Shown here: one piece after another, positions 45,282 through 56,479 of the stretch
Position numbering within the stretch: the stretch's first letter is position 1
Layout of the letters: every line of letters begins with the position of its first letter
NCBI GenBank assembly: GCA_029858565.1
Contig: JAOUEV010000007.1
Coordinates: forward strand, 32,001-96,000
Origin: Nitrospirota bacterium
GTDB taxonomy: Bacteria > Nitrospirota > UBA9217
DNA length: 64,000 nt
Reading direction: 5' to 3'
The notes under the pieces: model-generated
Told to the model about the DNA's origin: nothing
Database searches by the model: none
Seen by the model: the letters and a program-made list of their open reading frames with translations, nothing else
Translations under genes and position numbers: made by a program

Positions 45282-47381
45282 ATGAAAAAGCGACTTGCCA
45301 TTCCAACGTTTCTTATCGTTATGCTGTTCCTGTCCGGCTGCACTGGCGGAGATTTCAACGGCACGGGTGTGAAAAGTGGGCTGGGCACTGACGTCACGCC
45401 ACCAACCGTGCTCGGTACCGTTCCCGCAGCCGGTGCTACGGGTGTTGGAATCTACGACACAATTTGGGCGAATTTCTCCGAGCCGATCGACACTTTCACC
45501 GTGGACTCCGTTTCCTTCACTTTGACGACCGGCGGCACGTCCGTGCTCTGCGGAGTGGGCACCTGGGGCGACACATGGGCTTATATTAGTCCTTATACAG
45601 CATTAGCCTACGACACGGTCTACACAGCGACCATAACGACCGCGGTAAAGGACAAGGCCGGGAACGCTTTTGCGGCAAACTATACCTGGACCTTCACCAC
45701 GACCAGTGCGGCCGATATTATACGGCCGACGGTGATCGTGACTTCGCCGATCTCAAGCGCGACCGGCGTGTCGATAAACACGATTGTTACCGCAGGTTTC
45801 AGCGAAGCGCTGAATTCCGGTACGATCGCGCCGGCTACGTTCTACCTAACCGCGGGGACCGCTTCGACTGTCGTCAGCACGGTGTCGTATACAAACGCCG
45901 TCGCGACGCTTACACCTTCATCGGCATTGGCTTCCAATACGACCTATACCGCGACCCTGACCACGGGAGTGGCGGACCTGGCTGGGAATGCGCTTGTGGC
46001 AAATTATAACTGGTCTTTCACCACAGTTGCTGCGCCATCGATCACAACAGCAACGCTTCCGGACGGCACAGAGACGGGTGTATACTCATATACGTTGACG
46101 GGTGCTGGCGGCATTACACCCTATGTGTGGAGCACGACGACCACGACAATGCCTTCCGGTCTCAGCCTGAGTTCCGCTGGCGTACTGAGCGGCACTCTTG
46201 CAGCTGGCACGGCCGCGGGCAGTCCTTATACGATCGACGTTACGCTGACCGATGCCGACGGATTGACTGCGACAAGATCGCTCACTTTGACCGTCGGGGC
46301 AGGTCCGGCCGTGGTTGAAAACACGCTCCTGCAGGGGACTGAGACAGGTGCGTATTCCCAAACCCTTACCGGAACAGGCGGCGCGGCTCCTTATACGTGG
46401 AACGCGACGGGTCTTCCCAGCGGGGTGACGCTCTCGACGGCCGGACCGTCTGCGACGACGGCATTGACCAGTTCATCCATCCTTGCCGCAGCAGGGACCT
46501 ACACGATAACAGTAACTGTTACGGATTCAGGCGGGCTATCGGCCAACAAGGACCTGGCGTTGGTCGTCAATGCGGTTCCCACGGTATCGACCGCGTCTCT
46601 GGCTGATGCGGGGATGGGTGCCGGATACGGTCCGGCTACGCTCACAGGTAGCAATGGGACGACACCCTACTCATCATGGAGCGCGACGCCTCTTCCGGCG
46701 GGGATGACGTTCGACACCTCGACCGGGATTCTGAGCGGAACGCCTTCCGGCCCCACCGGGACCTTCGATATTGGGTTTACGGTCACAGATGCGAAAACTG
46801 TCACAAGCGCGACAACGACGCTTCCGCTGACCATTCGGCCGACGATAACCACGACATCGTTGCTTGATTCAACAGAAACAGGAACAACCTATTCCATGAC
46901 ATTAGCTGCGACTGGCACAGGACTCCTGACCTGGAGCCAGAGCGGATTGCCTGCGGGATTGCTTTTCAATACCGGGACGGGAGAGATCTCGGGCGCGCCG
47001 AATGCGGGCACTGCAGGCACCTATGCAGTGGGCTTTACCGTAACGGATTCGACGCCGGTAACGAGTGCGACCGTGACGCTATCCCTCGTCGTCAATGCGA
47101 CACCGACGATCACTACGGCATCGCCGTTAACGCAGTGGTCTGCCGTAAACGGACCGCAATCGGTAACGTTCACCACGAGCAATGGAACTGCGCCGTTCAC
47201 CTGGTCCTCGACTGATCTGGCAGGGGTCGCACCCTGGCTAACGCTCAGCACCGCGGGAGTGCTGTCCGGAGATGCCACGACCGCAGGTATCGCATCAGGC
47301 ACGTCCTATACGTTCAACATCACTGCAACGGACAAGTGGGGCGTGGTAACCGCGCGCACTTATGTTCTGAACGTGCAATAG
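45282..47381 (+). CDS. Thr-rich surface lipoprotein with two SbsA/Big_5-like and five putative-Ig domains
   Basis: Lipobox LSGC; 2x (P.V....P...ATGV...FSE...YTAT.T..V.D.AGN...NY.W.FTT); 5x (P.ITT..L....Y...L....G..PY.WS). Confidence 0.85.
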   Translation: MKKRLAIPTFLIVMLFLSGCTGGDFNGTGVKSGLGTDVTPPTVLGTVPAAGATGVGIYDTIWANFSEPIDTFTVDSVSFTLTTGGTSVLCGVGTWGDTWAYISPYTALAYDTVYTATITTAVKDKAGNAFAANYTWTFTTTSAADIIRPTVIVTSPISSATGVSINTIVTAGFSEALNSGTIAPATFYLTAGTASTVVSTVSYTNAVATLTPSSALASNTTYTATLTTGVADLAGNALVANYNWSFTTVAAPSITTATLPDGTETGVYSYTLTGAGGITPYVWSTTTTTMPSGLSLSSAGVLSGTLAAGTAAGSPYTIDVTLTDADGLTATRSLTLTVGAGPAVVENTLLQGTETGAYSQTLTGTGGAAPYTWNATGLPSGVTLSTAGPSATTALTSSSILAAAGTYTITVTVTDSGGLSANKDLALVVNAVPTVSTASLADAGMGAGYGPATLTGSNGTTPYSSWSATPLPAGMTFDTSTGILSGTPSGPTGTFDIGFTVTDAKTVTSATTTLPLTIRPTITTTSLLDSTETGTTYSMTLAATGTGLLTWSQSGLPAGLLFNTGTGEISGAPNAGTAGTYAVGFTVTDSTPVTSATVTLSLVVNATPTITTASPLTQWSAVNGPQSVTFTTSNGTAPFTWSSTDLAGVAPWLTLSTAGVLSGDATTAGIASGTSYTFNITATDKWGVVTARTYVLNVQ

Positions 47382-47401
47382 CAAGAGAATAAGTAGTCGC
47401 C

Positions 47402-47436
47402 AGCCCATGTGTTCTTTGGAGCACATGGGCTTTTTT
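47402..47436 (+). terminator. Intrinsic terminator
   Basis: AGCCCATGTG/CACATGGGCT stem plus a T-run. Confidence 0.85.
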
Positions 47437-47607
47437 ATTTAACAGTCGCGGGCAGACGATCTATCCGTGAATATGTCAAAAGGTTTTTTACGTGTATCGA
47501 GCTGAATGCTGCAGGTAAAGAATTTGTGTTGTTTCGTCGGTGATGTGCAGGTAATATGAACATGCTTTGAATCGAAATTATTCACACTCAGGGAGTGCTT
47601 AGTTCAA

Positions 47608-48294
47608 ATGTTAAAGCGTAAACAGGATATTCGAGATGCACTTGATCGGAATGACCTTGCTGTCGTCATCTCCGCTGCCAAGGAGGATAAAAAGGTTATT
47701 TCGCTTCTCGTGAGGGTTTCTTATGACAAGGAAACTCTTGTAGGCTGGCGGGCGATCAAGGCCATGGGTCTTATCGCTCGAGAGATGGTGAAGTCCGATC
47801 CCAAATTCCTGCGTGAGGCCTGTCGTAAACTGCTCTGGTCCTTGAGCGACGAGTCCGGCGGGATCGGATGGTCGGCTCCCGAGCTTCTTGGCGAGATAGT
47901 AAGCGCTAATCCTTCGCGATTTACCGACATCGTTCCGCTTATAGCCGAGGTATACTCTGTTGAAGAGGATGTATTCCGGTCCGGTGTTGTGTATGCTCTT
48001 GCCAGAATAGCCGAGACCCATCCGGGGCTGGTGGTAACGCAGCAAAAAATAATCATATCGTCCCTAGTAGACAAGGACCCGCTTGTTCGTATTTATGGTC
48101 TGAAGCTGGTCGGGCTGGTGTGGGACGAAGCGCTCCGTTCTAATGCGTGGACGGATGTGTATAAACAAAAGGTCCAGGAAACAGTCCGGCAACTGAAACA
48201 AGATATAGCAGATGCCTGGATTTATAAAGATACCGGATTTTCGTCTATTATGGTAAATGACATTGCGCTAATAATCTATAATAAAATAAGTTAA
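47608..48294 (+). CDS. DVU0298-family HEAT-repeat protein
   Basis: RKLLWSLSDESGGIGWSAPELLGEI signature. Confidence 0.75.
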   Translation: MLKRKQDIRDALDRNDLAVVISAAKEDKKVISLLVRVSYDKETLVGWRAIKAMGLIAREMVKSDPKFLREACRKLLWSLSDESGGIGWSAPELLGEIVSANPSRFTDIVPLIAEVYSVEEDVFRSGVVYALARIAETHPGLVVTQQKIIISSLVDKDPLVRIYGLKLVGLVWDEALRSNAWTDVYKQKVQETVRQLKQDIADAWIYKDTGFSSIMVNDIALIIYNKIS

Positions 48295-48323
48295 TTCAAT
48301 TAGTTATATTTTTTTGCCAATAA

Positions 48324-48353
48324 CTTGACAATAATTCACTCATATTTTATAAT
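48324..48353 (+). promoter_or_regulatory. Consensus sigma70 promoter overlapped by a HAIR-like HspR operator
   Basis: TTGACA-N17-TATAAT (48325-48353); CTTGACA-N7-ACTCATA (48324-48344) versus HAIR consensus CTTGAGT-N7-ACTCAAG. Confidence 0.75.
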
Positions 48354-48382
48354 GTAATTACTATAAGATAGGGGCATAAATC

Positions 48383-49525
48383 ATGACGCAAGCAGCAAAA
48401 AAAGATTATTACGAGATCCTTGGAGTGGAGAAGAAAGCATCGCCTGCCGAGATAAAGAAAGCCTTCCGCAAGCTCGCGCGAAAATATCATCCTGATGTGA
48501 ATCCCGGAGATAAGTCGTCGGAGCAAAAGTTCAAGGAGCTGAATGACGCATATGAGGTTCTTTCCGACACCAAGAAACGGAAGCAGTATGATGAGTTCGG
48601 TCATGCAGCTTTTGACGCGGGCTACGGACAGACAGGAGGCCAGCAGGGTGGTTTCGGGTTCGAAGGTTTCGGGTCACAGGGAGCGGAATATTTCAGCGGA
48701 CGAGGATTCGAGGATATATTCGGGAATATGTTCGGCGACCGCGCTGCCCGTGCCCGGGGATCGCAAAAAGGCGAAGATGTCAGCTATTCGGTCGAGGTGA
48801 ATCTCGATGATGCGATCTTTGGAACGACCATGCAGGTCGATCTTCAGCGCGAAGTGAATTGTGCGACCTGTGGCGGCAGCGGAGCGCAGCCCGGAACCTC
48901 TCGTCGCACCTGTCCGACCTGCCAGGGCTCGGGCAGCATCAATCAGGGCAGGGGGTTTCTTCATATGCCCCAGGCTTGCCCGAATTGCCGGGGAGAAGGC
49001 ACGATTATCAGCAGCCCCTGCAGATCCTGCGGCGGCAGGGGGCAGATTCCCAGGTCTGAGCGGATCAATGTCAAGATACCGCCGGGGGTGGACAACGGAT
49101 CCAAAGTGCGCATGGCGGGCATGGGCGGTCCGGGAAGCCAAGGAGGACCGGCTGGTGATGTGTATATCATCACCCGTGTTCGTCCTCATGCCTACTTCGA
49201 GCGCAAAGGAGACAATCTGCACTCCGAGGCAAAAGTGACAGTGAAGGAAGCCGCACTTGGCGAGAAGATCGAGATACCTTCAGTTGACGGCATGGTATCG
49301 CTTACCCTGCCGCAAGGGGTGCAGTCAGGGCAGCAGCTCAAGCTCAAGGGGAAAGGCGTGCCGCATTTCGGCGGAGGTGGAAGGGGAGACCATTACGTGA
49401 CCATTCAGGTGGTGACGCCGTCCCTTCTTTCCGAGCAGGGAAAGGAACTGCTCAGACAACTTGATCGGATGCATCCCGCGGACCCGAGAAGGGATATTAC
49501 CTTCCGGGGGTTTACTAAACGATGA
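48383..49525 (+). CDS. dnaJ: Chaperone DnaJ
   Basis: J-domain HPD, G/F region and four CxxCxGxG repeats. Confidence 0.95.
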   Translation: MTQAAKKDYYEILGVEKKASPAEIKKAFRKLARKYHPDVNPGDKSSEQKFKELNDAYEVLSDTKKRKQYDEFGHAAFDAGYGQTGGQQGGFGFEGFGSQGAEYFSGRGFEDIFGNMFGDRAARARGSQKGEDVSYSVEVNLDDAIFGTTMQVDLQREVNCATCGGSGAQPGTSRRTCPTCQGSGSINQGRGFLHMPQACPNCRGEGTIISSPCRSCGGRGQIPRSERINVKIPPGVDNGSKVRMAGMGGPGSQGGPAGDVYIITRVRPHAYFERKGDNLHSEAKVTVKEAALGEKIEIPSVDGMVSLTLPQGVQSGQQLKLKGKGVPHFGGGGRGDHYVTIQVVTPSLLSEQGKELLRQLDRMHPADPRRDITFRGFTKR

Positions 49526-49580
49526 CAGGACGGGAAAGACCGGGAGCTGGAGAAAAAGACAGTGAGGAGCGGGGTGACAC

Positions 49581-49961
49581 ATGGTTGCACGGGGGCATAA
49601 GCTGTACATGATCAGTGTTGTGTCGGAAATGCTCGGCATCCATCCGCAGACGCTCAGGCTTTACGAGCGGGAAGGATTCATCAAGCCCAAACGGAGCGGA
49701 GGGAACACCCGGCTTTACTCTGAGGAGGACGTGGAAAAGCTGGAGATGGTCCTCCGGCTTACCCGTGAGCTGGGTGTGAACCTGGCCGGAGTCGAGATCA
49801 TCCTGTCCATGCGCGAGAGGATGGAACAGATGCAGCGCGACATGGACGAGACGGTGATGCGCTTGCGCGAGGAGCTTGCCCGGGAAATGCAGAGACGCGT
49901 TGAAACACGGAACGCCCTGGTCCCGGTACGAAGGATCATTGTCCGGAGGGAAGAAGAGTAA
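49581..49961 (+). CDS. hspR: Heat-shock repressor HspR (MerR family)
   Basis: YMISVVSEMLGIHPQTLRLYEREG..P.RS.GNTRLYS, LGVNLAGVEIIL; located between dnaJ and clpB. Confidence 0.9.
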   Translation: MVARGHKLYMISVVSEMLGIHPQTLRLYEREGFIKPKRSGGNTRLYSEEDVEKLEMVLRLTRELGVNLAGVEIILSMRERMEQMQRDMDETVMRLREELAREMQRRVETRNALVPVRRIIVRREEE

Positions 49962-50017
49962 AGGCGTGAAGCCGATGAACGAAGAAGGTATGTAGGCGGG
50001 GGGTAGCGGAGGAGCAC

Positions 50018-52615
50018 ATGGCACGACTTGATAAATTCACTTTGAAATCCCAGGAGGCGGTGCAGGCCGCCCAGGACCTGGCAGGGAAACGCAAACATCA
50101 GCAGATGGAGGCAGAACACCTGTTGCTGGCGCTGCTCGATCAGCAGGACGGTGTTGTGCAGCCAGTGTTGAAAAAGCTTGGCGCGGACCCTGGCCGTATT
50201 CGCATCGATATTGAGGCGGCTCTGGACCGTCTGCCGCAGGTCGAGGGCCTGGTGCAGACCTATCTGTCCCCGCGGCTCGGGAAGTTGTTCGACCGGGCGG
50301 AGCAGGAGGCAGAACGGCTCAAGGACGATTATATCAGCACAGAACATCTTTTGATAGCAGCGGCGGATGGTGACGGTGCGTGTCGTGAGATCCTGGGTCG
50401 CCATGGGGTCACGAAGGATAGGATCTTCGCCGTGCTGGTCGACATTCGCGGATCGCAGCGGGTGACCGATCAGAATCCCGAGGATAAGTATCAGGCATTG
50501 ACGAAATACGGGCGCGACCTCACCGACATGGCAAGGAGGGGCAAGCTCGACCCGGTGATCGGCAGGGACGAGGAGATCCGGCGTGTCGTGCAGGTGCTGT
50601 CGCGCAGGACCAAGAACAATCCCGTTCTGATCGGTGAGCCGGGAGTTGGCAAGACCGCGATCGCCGAGGGGCTGGCACAGCGCGTGGTCTCCGGTGACGT
50701 CCCGGAGGGGCTCAAGAACAAGCGGGTCGTGGCCCTCGACATGGGCGCCCTGATCGCCGGTGCAAAATACCGCGGCGAGTTCGAGGACCGGTTAAAGGCG
50801 GTGCTGAAGGAGGTTACGGAAGCACAAGGAGATGTGATCCTGTTCATAGACGAACTGCACACGGTTGTCGGCGCCGGTGCTGCCGAGGGCTCCATGGACG
50901 CGTCGAACATGTTGAAGCCCGCGCTTGCGCGTGGTGAATTGCGCTGCGTGGGTGCGACGACACTGAACGAGTACAGAAAATACATTGAAAAGGACCCGGC
51001 GCTTGAGCGGCGGTTCCAGCCCGTGGTGGTGCGGGAGCCTTCGATGGAGGACACGATCTCTATTCTCCGGGGGCTCAAAGAGCGTTACGAGGTCCACCAC
51101 GGCGTCAAGATCAAGGACTCGGCGCTCGTGAACGCGGCGGTGCTGTCGCACCGGTATATCGCGGACCGGTTCCTGCCGGACAAGGCGATCGACCTGATCG
51201 ACGAGGCAGCTTCGCGGCTCAGGATGGAGATCGACAGCATGCCGACGGAGCTTGACGAGGTTGAGCGCAGGATCCGGCGGCTCGAGATCGAGCGGGAAGC
51301 AGTGAAAAAAGAAAAGGACACTTCGTCGGCAGAACGCTTGGCAAAGATCGAGCAGGAGATCTCTAATCTCGCGGAGAAGCGAAGCGGACTCCGTGCGCAG
51401 TGGAACGCTGAAAAAGAGGGAATACAGGAGATCCGTACCACCAAGGAATCGATCGAACAGGCCAGGAACGAGGCGGACAAGGCCGAACGCGAAGGCAATC
51501 TGGGCAAGGCTGCGGAACTTCGCTATGGGAAACTGCTCGATCTTCAAAAACGGCTGGAGGCGGGTTCCGTCCGGTTGAGCCAGGTGCAGGCAGAATGCAA
51601 GATCCTGAAGGAAGAGGTCGATGACGAGGATATCGCAGAGATCGTGTCCAAGTGGACAGGCATTCCGGTGAGCAAGATGCTGGAAGGGGAGAAGCACAAA
51701 CTGCTTACTATGGAAGAACGTCTGCGTTTGCGCGTGGTCGGCCAGGATGAGGCGGTAAGCGCGGTATCCGATGCGGTCCGCCGCGCCCGGGCAGGGATCC
51801 AGGACCCGAACCGGCCAATCGGGAGCTTCATATTCATGGGACCCACAGGCGTAGGCAAGACCGAGCTTGCCCGAGCTCTGGCCGAGTTCCTCTTCGACGA
51901 CGAACAGGCCATGGTGCGGATCGATATGTCAGAATACCAGGAGCGGCACACGGTATCGCGCCTCATCGGAGCGCCGCCGGGATATGTGGGCTATGACGAG
52001 GGCGGCCAGCTCACCGAAGCGGCGCGGAGGAGGCCCTATTCTGTCGTGCTGTTCGACGAGATCGAGAAGGCTCATCCCGAAGTGTTCAACGTTCTGCTTC
52101 AGCTCCTGGATGACGGGAGGCTCACCGATGGCCACGGCAGGACCGTGGACTTCAAGAACACCGTGGTGATCATGACCTCGAATGTCGGAAGCCAGGCGAT
52201 CCAGGATTACCAGCATGACGAGAATGAGATGCGCCGCAAAGTGACCGAGGCGATGCGCCAGCATTTCCGGCCGGAGTTCCTCAACCGGGTGGATGACCTG
52301 ATCGTCTTTCATCCTTTGGATACGGAGATGCTGAAGCGTATCGTGGACATTCAGGTTGCCCTGGTGCAGAAGCGGCTGGCAGACCGGAAGGTCGAGATCG
52401 AACTGACGGAAACAGCCAGAGGACTGCTTGCCGAAGAGGGATTCGATCTGGTATACGGCGCACGCCCGCTCAAACGGGTGATCCAACGGGATGTTTTGAA
52501 TCCCCTGGCAGCGAAGATCCTTGCCGGAGAGGTGCCGGAGGGCAGCCGGATCGTGGTGGACGCGGACGGCAGAAGGCTTGTTTTCCGGCCCTTATCGGGA
52601 CGGGTCGCAGCATAG
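50018..52615 (+). CDS. clpB: ATP-dependent disaggregase ClpB
   Basis: Two AAA+ modules ([16 protein letters not shown]), M-domain coiled coil and GARPLKR. Confidence 0.97.
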   Translation: MARLDKFTLKSQEAVQAAQDLAGKRKHQQMEAEHLLLALLDQQDGVVQPVLKKLGADPGRIRIDIEAALDRLPQVEGLVQTYLSPRLGKLFDRAEQEAERLKDDYISTEHLLIAAADGDGACREILGRHGVTKDRIFAVLVDIRGSQRVTDQNPEDKYQALTKYGRDLTDMARRGKLDPVIGRDEEIRRVVQVLSRRTKNNPVLIGEPGVGKTAIAEGLAQRVVSGDVPEGLKNKRVVALDMGALIAGAKYRGEFEDRLKAVLKEVTEAQGDVILFIDELHTVVGAGAAEGSMDASNMLKPALARGELRCVGATTLNEYRKYIEKDPALERRFQPVVVREPSMEDTISILRGLKERYEVHHGVKIKDSALVNAAVLSHRYIADRFLPDKAIDLIDEAASRLRMEIDSMPTELDEVERRIRRLEIEREAVKKEKDTSSAERLAKIEQEISNLAEKRSGLRAQWNAEKEGIQEIRTTKESIEQARNEADKAEREGNLGKAAELRYGKLLDLQKRLEAGSVRLSQVQAECKILKEEVDDEDIAEIVSKWTGIPVSKMLEGEKHKLLTMEERLRLRVVGQDEAVSAVSDAVRRARAGIQDPNRPIGSFIFMGPTGVGKTELARALAEFLFDDEQAMVRIDMSEYQERHTVSRLIGAPPGYVGYDEGGQLTEAARRRPYSVVLFDEIEKAHPEVFNVLLQLLDDGRLTDGHGRTVDFKNTVVIMTSNVGSQAIQDYQHDENEMRRKVTEAMRQHFRPEFLNRVDDLIVFHPLDTEMLKRIVDIQVALVQKRLADRKVEIELTETARGLLAEEGFDLVYGARPLKRVIQRDVLNPLAAKILAGEVPEGSRIVVDADGRRLVFRPLSGRVAA

Positions 52616-52793
52616 GAGAGGCTGGATGTGCTGGGTGGGGGCGCTTCTTATCTACCGGATCACCAGGAAAGGCAAATAAAAAACAGGTATTTCCTGTTGC
52701 AAACCAGTATGTTGAGGTATAATACACCCGCTGCAACCGCTGGCTCCCTGGATAGCGCGCCGGCGGCACGGGTCCGGTACTGACAACATCTCC

Positions 52794-54014
52794 ATGGCCA
52801 AAACACTGAAAAAAAGAACCAAGAAATCTCCAACGACCGCGAAAAAAACTGCGCCCAAACGGCGAAGTTCAAACACCGCTCCGAGAACAACAAAAAGAAC
52901 GCCCGCGTTTCCCGGCGCAGCAGAGCGCGATTACAAAGCGTTGTTCCACCGCAAGCTCGCGGAAAATCACCTTTTCTATGAAGTTGGCCGCATCATCGCG
53001 TCTGAGACCGAACCCTATGATCTTATCAAGAAGATCATCGCAGTTGTCAACAAGGAGATTCCCTTTCAGGACGCTTCGGTCTACGTGGCCAAACGCGACA
53101 TGACCGGCCTTGATGCCTTTTACCACGTCGGACCGCTCTTCGAGAACCATACGCTTTCCATGCTGTACTACGATATCGGTGCGCCCGGTACGATCGCCGC
53201 GACCGGGGAGCCGGTCTTTCTTCAAGACGCGGCCTGTTACGACGAATTCCTGCATTTCCCCGATGAACGCAAGAAGCCCGGAAGTTACGTCGGTATCGCC
53301 CTGAAGAGCGAGAACCGTGTGATCGGCGTGATGGGATTCAGCCACGGCAGTCCCCGCTCGTTCCGTGTCGATGATCTGGATACGATCAGAACGCTTGCCC
53401 CGCTTATCTCCGCGGGCTTTGAAAAGGCGGAACTCTTCAGGAAAACGCTGGAGCTGTCCCGCGTGGACGAACTGACGGGTCTGCTGAACTATCGGGTGCT
53501 CATGGAGAAAATGACGGAAGAACACCGGAGGAAGATCCGGACCGGCCGGGATTTCTCCTTTATCATGGTCGATATCGACGATTTCAAACGGGTGAACGAC
53601 CGGTACGGACATCTCGAAGGGAGCAGGCTGATCGCCCAGATGGGGCCGCTGCTCAAGTCTGCATGCCGTACCGACAGCACGGACATCTGCTTCCGGTACG
53701 GCGGCGAGGAGTTTTCCGTTCTGCTCACCGAGACGACGATGGCCGAGGCCGAGGCTGTTGCGGATCGGCTCCGGGCCGCTGTCGAGGAATATCCCTTCAC
53801 GCTCAAGCTGAGCCATCCCCAGGAGAAGGTCACGGTCAGTCTCGGCGTGGCATGCATGTCCGGTGATAATCCCAAGACCATCACCGAACTTATCAACGAG
53901 GCCGACATGGCACTCTACCAATCGAAGGCAGCTGGAAAGAACAAGGTCACGAGCTACAGCGTCGGATGCACCATGCCTGCTGCTGCGCACAGGGACCACC
54001 GGGGGCTTCCCTAA
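52794..54014 (+). CDS. GAF-GGDEF diguanylate cyclase with a basic N-terminal tail
   Basis: GAF region, DELTGL, DIDDFKRVND and RYGGEEF. Confidence 0.9.
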   Translation: MAKTLKKRTKKSPTTAKKTAPKRRSSNTAPRTTKRTPAFPGAAERDYKALFHRKLAENHLFYEVGRIIASETEPYDLIKKIIAVVNKEIPFQDASVYVAKRDMTGLDAFYHVGPLFENHTLSMLYYDIGAPGTIAATGEPVFLQDAACYDEFLHFPDERKKPGSYVGIALKSENRVIGVMGFSHGSPRSFRVDDLDTIRTLAPLISAGFEKAELFRKTLELSRVDELTGLLNYRVLMEKMTEEHRRKIRTGRDFSFIMVDIDDFKRVNDRYGHLEGSRLIAQMGPLLKSACRTDSTDICFRYGGEEFSVLLTETTMAEAEAVADRLRAAVEEYPFTLKLSHPQEKVTVSLGVACMSGDNPKTITELINEADMALYQSKAAGKNKVTSYSVGCTMPAAAHRDHRGLP

Positions 54015-54018
54015 CTAT

Positions 54019-54198
54019 TCAGAAACAGCCAAGCTGGCAAGCCGAGATCTTGATCTTCAACTCGTTGCATACCGCGCCTATCTCTCCCAGCCCGACGCCA
54101 AGTTCTTCCGCAAGCCCGTGAGCCGCCTCGCAGCTCAGCCGGTCGTTCACCACGGCTTTCCTGACCGCATCGATGATCCGTTCCTTGTGGGTCTGCAC
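54019..54198 (-). CDS. Small conserved Cys-containing protein (59 aa), missed by the ORF track
   Basis: GTG start after GGAGGT; MQTHKERIIDAVRKAVVNDRLSCEAAHGLAEELGVGLGEIGAVCNELKIKISACQLGCF*. Confidence 0.8.
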   Translation of the reverse strand: MQTHKERIIDAVRKAVVNDRLSCEAAHGLAEELGVGLGEIGAVCNELKIKISACQLGCF

Positions 54199-54400
54199 CG
54201 TTCTCTACCTCCAGCTGCTGGATAAGACATCTTACCCGCCTTCTGGCAACCGGGCAACCGAAGAATCCCTTCCCGGGCCGCCATGGGGAGGACTTTACAG
54301 GGAAATAAAAATAAAATCAATTCTTGACAAATAGGCTGCCATCGAAAATAATGAAGGCTCCCCGGCAGACCGAAAATCCGGGAAGGAGAAAGGTCCTCCT

Positions 54401-55858
54401 ATGAGCAGAAACATTCAAAAAGTCCTTATCGCGAACCGCGGCGTGCCTGCGGTCAGGATCATGCATACCTGCAGGGACCGCAGGATCCCTACCACGGCGG
54501 TGTACAGTACGCCGGACCGACTGGCGCACCATGTGTTCATGGCCGATGAGGCCGTGCATATCGGCGAGGCTCCTCCGATCGAGTCCTACCTCAACATGGA
54601 CAAGATGATCGACGCCGCGCTCCGGAGCAAGTCAGACGCGATCCATCCCGGCTGGGGTTTCCTGGCCGAGAACGCCGGGTTCGCCCAGAAGGTGATCGAC
54701 GCGGGGCTGACCTGGATCGGCCCGTCGCCCAAGGTCATCAACATGCTTGGGGACAAGATCGAGGCCAAGGCGCTTGCCCGGAAGGCCAACGTTCCGACGA
54801 TCCCGGGTATTGACGCGGTAACGGACATCGCCCAGATCAAAACCTGGATGAAAAAAGACGACGTGGCCTATCCGATCATGATCAAGGCATCGGCGGGCGG
54901 CGGCGGCAAGGGAATGGTGAAGGTCGAGAACGATGACCAGCTGGCCCAGGGCCTGGCCCAGGCGAAATCAGAGGCGAAAAAGTCCTTTGGCGACGATACG
55001 ATCCTGGTCGAGAAGTATATCGAACGGGGACGGCACATCGAGGTCCAGATCGTGGCGGACGGGCACGGGAATGTGGTGCATCTCTACGAGCGGGAATGCA
55101 CGCTCCAGCGCAGGAACCAGAAAATCATCGAGGAAGCCCCGTCGCCGACCCTTGACGAGGGACTGCGGCAGGAGATCTGTTTTACCGCCACGCGGCTCAT
55201 GCGTGAGATCGGCTATACCACCGCCGGAACCGTTGAGTATATCTTCGATTCTGCGACCCGCAAGTTCTACTTCCTCGAAGTGAACACCCGGCTCCAGGTG
55301 GAGCACGGGATCAGCGAGCTGATCACGGGCCTCGACATCGTGAGCATCATGCTCGACACGGCCATGGGCAAGAAGCTGCCCTTCAGCCAGTCCGATATCC
55401 GGCCGAACCGGTGGGCCCTTGAGGTCCGCCTGAACGCCGAGGACCCCCGTACCTTCAGTCCTTCCTTCGGTACCATCAGCAGGCTGCAGGTCCCCATGGG
55501 CCCCGGCGTCCGCGTATCGTCGGGCGCCTACGAAGGCGGGGACATCCCGCCTTACTATGATTCACTCTTCATGCTGCTCATGACCGCGGGCGCGGACCGC
55601 GAGGACGCGATCCGCGTAATGGACCGTTCCATCAGCAGGAACCTCCGCGTTGAGGGCGTCAAGACGCTCTCGCCGCTGCTCCTGGCCATCATCCGGCATC
55701 CCCAGTTCATTGCCGGCGAGTTCTCCACGCGGTTCATCGAGGAGCATATGGACGAACTGGTATCCATGTTCCCGGAGAAGAACGCCGAGGACGAGGTGCT
55801 CAAGATCGCGCGCTACGTGGCCGAGATCTCGGCGCTGGGGCCGCAGAAGTGGATGTAG
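54401..55858 (+). CDS. pycA: Pyruvate carboxylase, biotin carboxylase subunit
   Basis: LIANRG, HPGWGFLAEN, GGGGKGM, RECTLQRRNQK, EVNTRLQVEH and YYDS. Confidence 0.88.
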   Translation: MSRNIQKVLIANRGVPAVRIMHTCRDRRIPTTAVYSTPDRLAHHVFMADEAVHIGEAPPIESYLNMDKMIDAALRSKSDAIHPGWGFLAENAGFAQKVIDAGLTWIGPSPKVINMLGDKIEAKALARKANVPTIPGIDAVTDIAQIKTWMKKDDVAYPIMIKASAGGGGKGMVKVENDDQLAQGLAQAKSEAKKSFGDDTILVEKYIERGRHIEVQIVADGHGNVVHLYERECTLQRRNQKIIEEAPSPTLDEGLRQEICFTATRLMREIGYTTAGTVEYIFDSATRKFYFLEVNTRLQVEHGISELITGLDIVSIMLDTAMGKKLPFSQSDIRPNRWALEVRLNAEDPRTFSPSFGTISRLQVPMGPGVRVSSGAYEGGDIPPYYDSLFMLLMTAGADREDAIRVMDRSISRNLRVEGVKTLSPLLLAIIRHPQFIAGEFSTRFIEEHMDELVSMFPEKNAEDEVLKIARYVAEISALGPQKWM

Positions 55859-55864
55859 TACAGT

Positions 55865-56461
55865 ATGAAAGAGATCATCCAGCTCCTGAACAACAACAAG
55901 GAATGGGCCCGGCGGGTCGAGATCGAGACCCCAGGGTTCTTCACGAAGCTCAAGAAGCAGCAGCGGCCCAAGTATCTCTGGATCGGCTGCTCGGACAGCC
56001 GCGTACCTGCGAACCAGATCACGGGGCTGCTGCCGGGGGATGTGTTCGTGCACCGGAACATCTCCAATCAGGTCATCAACACCGACATGAACCTGATGTG
56101 CGTGCTCCAGTACGCCGTCGATGTCCTGAAGGTCAAGCACATCATCGTGTGCGGTCACTACGGCTGCGGCGGCATCGCCGCGGTCAAGCGGAACGCCACC
56201 TCGGGTATGCTGGAGCACTGGCTTGAGAATGTGCGGGTATCCGTGCGGAAGCATAAGCGGATCACTCTTAACGAGATGTGCGAATTGAACGTGAAGCGGC
56301 AGGTCGAGAACCTGGCGCACAATACGATCGTGCAGAAGGCATGGGAGCGGGGCAGGAAGCTCTATATCCACGGCTGGATCTACGCGATCTCCGACGGGCT
56401 CATCAAGGACCTGAAGGTCACCCAGTCGGGCGCTCACGCGAGGAAACATCACAGAAGCTAG
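55865..56461 (+). CDS. can: Beta-class carbonic anhydrase
   Basis: WIGCSDSRVP, FVHRNISN, GHYGCGG and HGWIY. Confidence 0.93.
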   Translation: MKEIIQLLNNNKEWARRVEIETPGFFTKLKKQQRPKYLWIGCSDSRVPANQITGLLPGDVFVHRNISNQVINTDMNLMCVLQYAVDVLKVKHIIVCGHYGCGGIAAVKRNATSGMLEHWLENVRVSVRKHKRITLNEMCELNVKRQVENLAHNTIVQKAWERGRKLYIHGWIYAISDGLIKDLKVTQSGAHARKHHRS

Positions 56462-56479
56462 GAACAGGGGACACTCAGC

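Noticed and set aside
47578-47602. CIRCE-like half sites (CACTC...GAGTGCTTA) near heat-shock genes
   Set aside because: The spacer is 3 nt instead of 9, the left arm is poor, and it overlaps the RBS of an unrelated gene.
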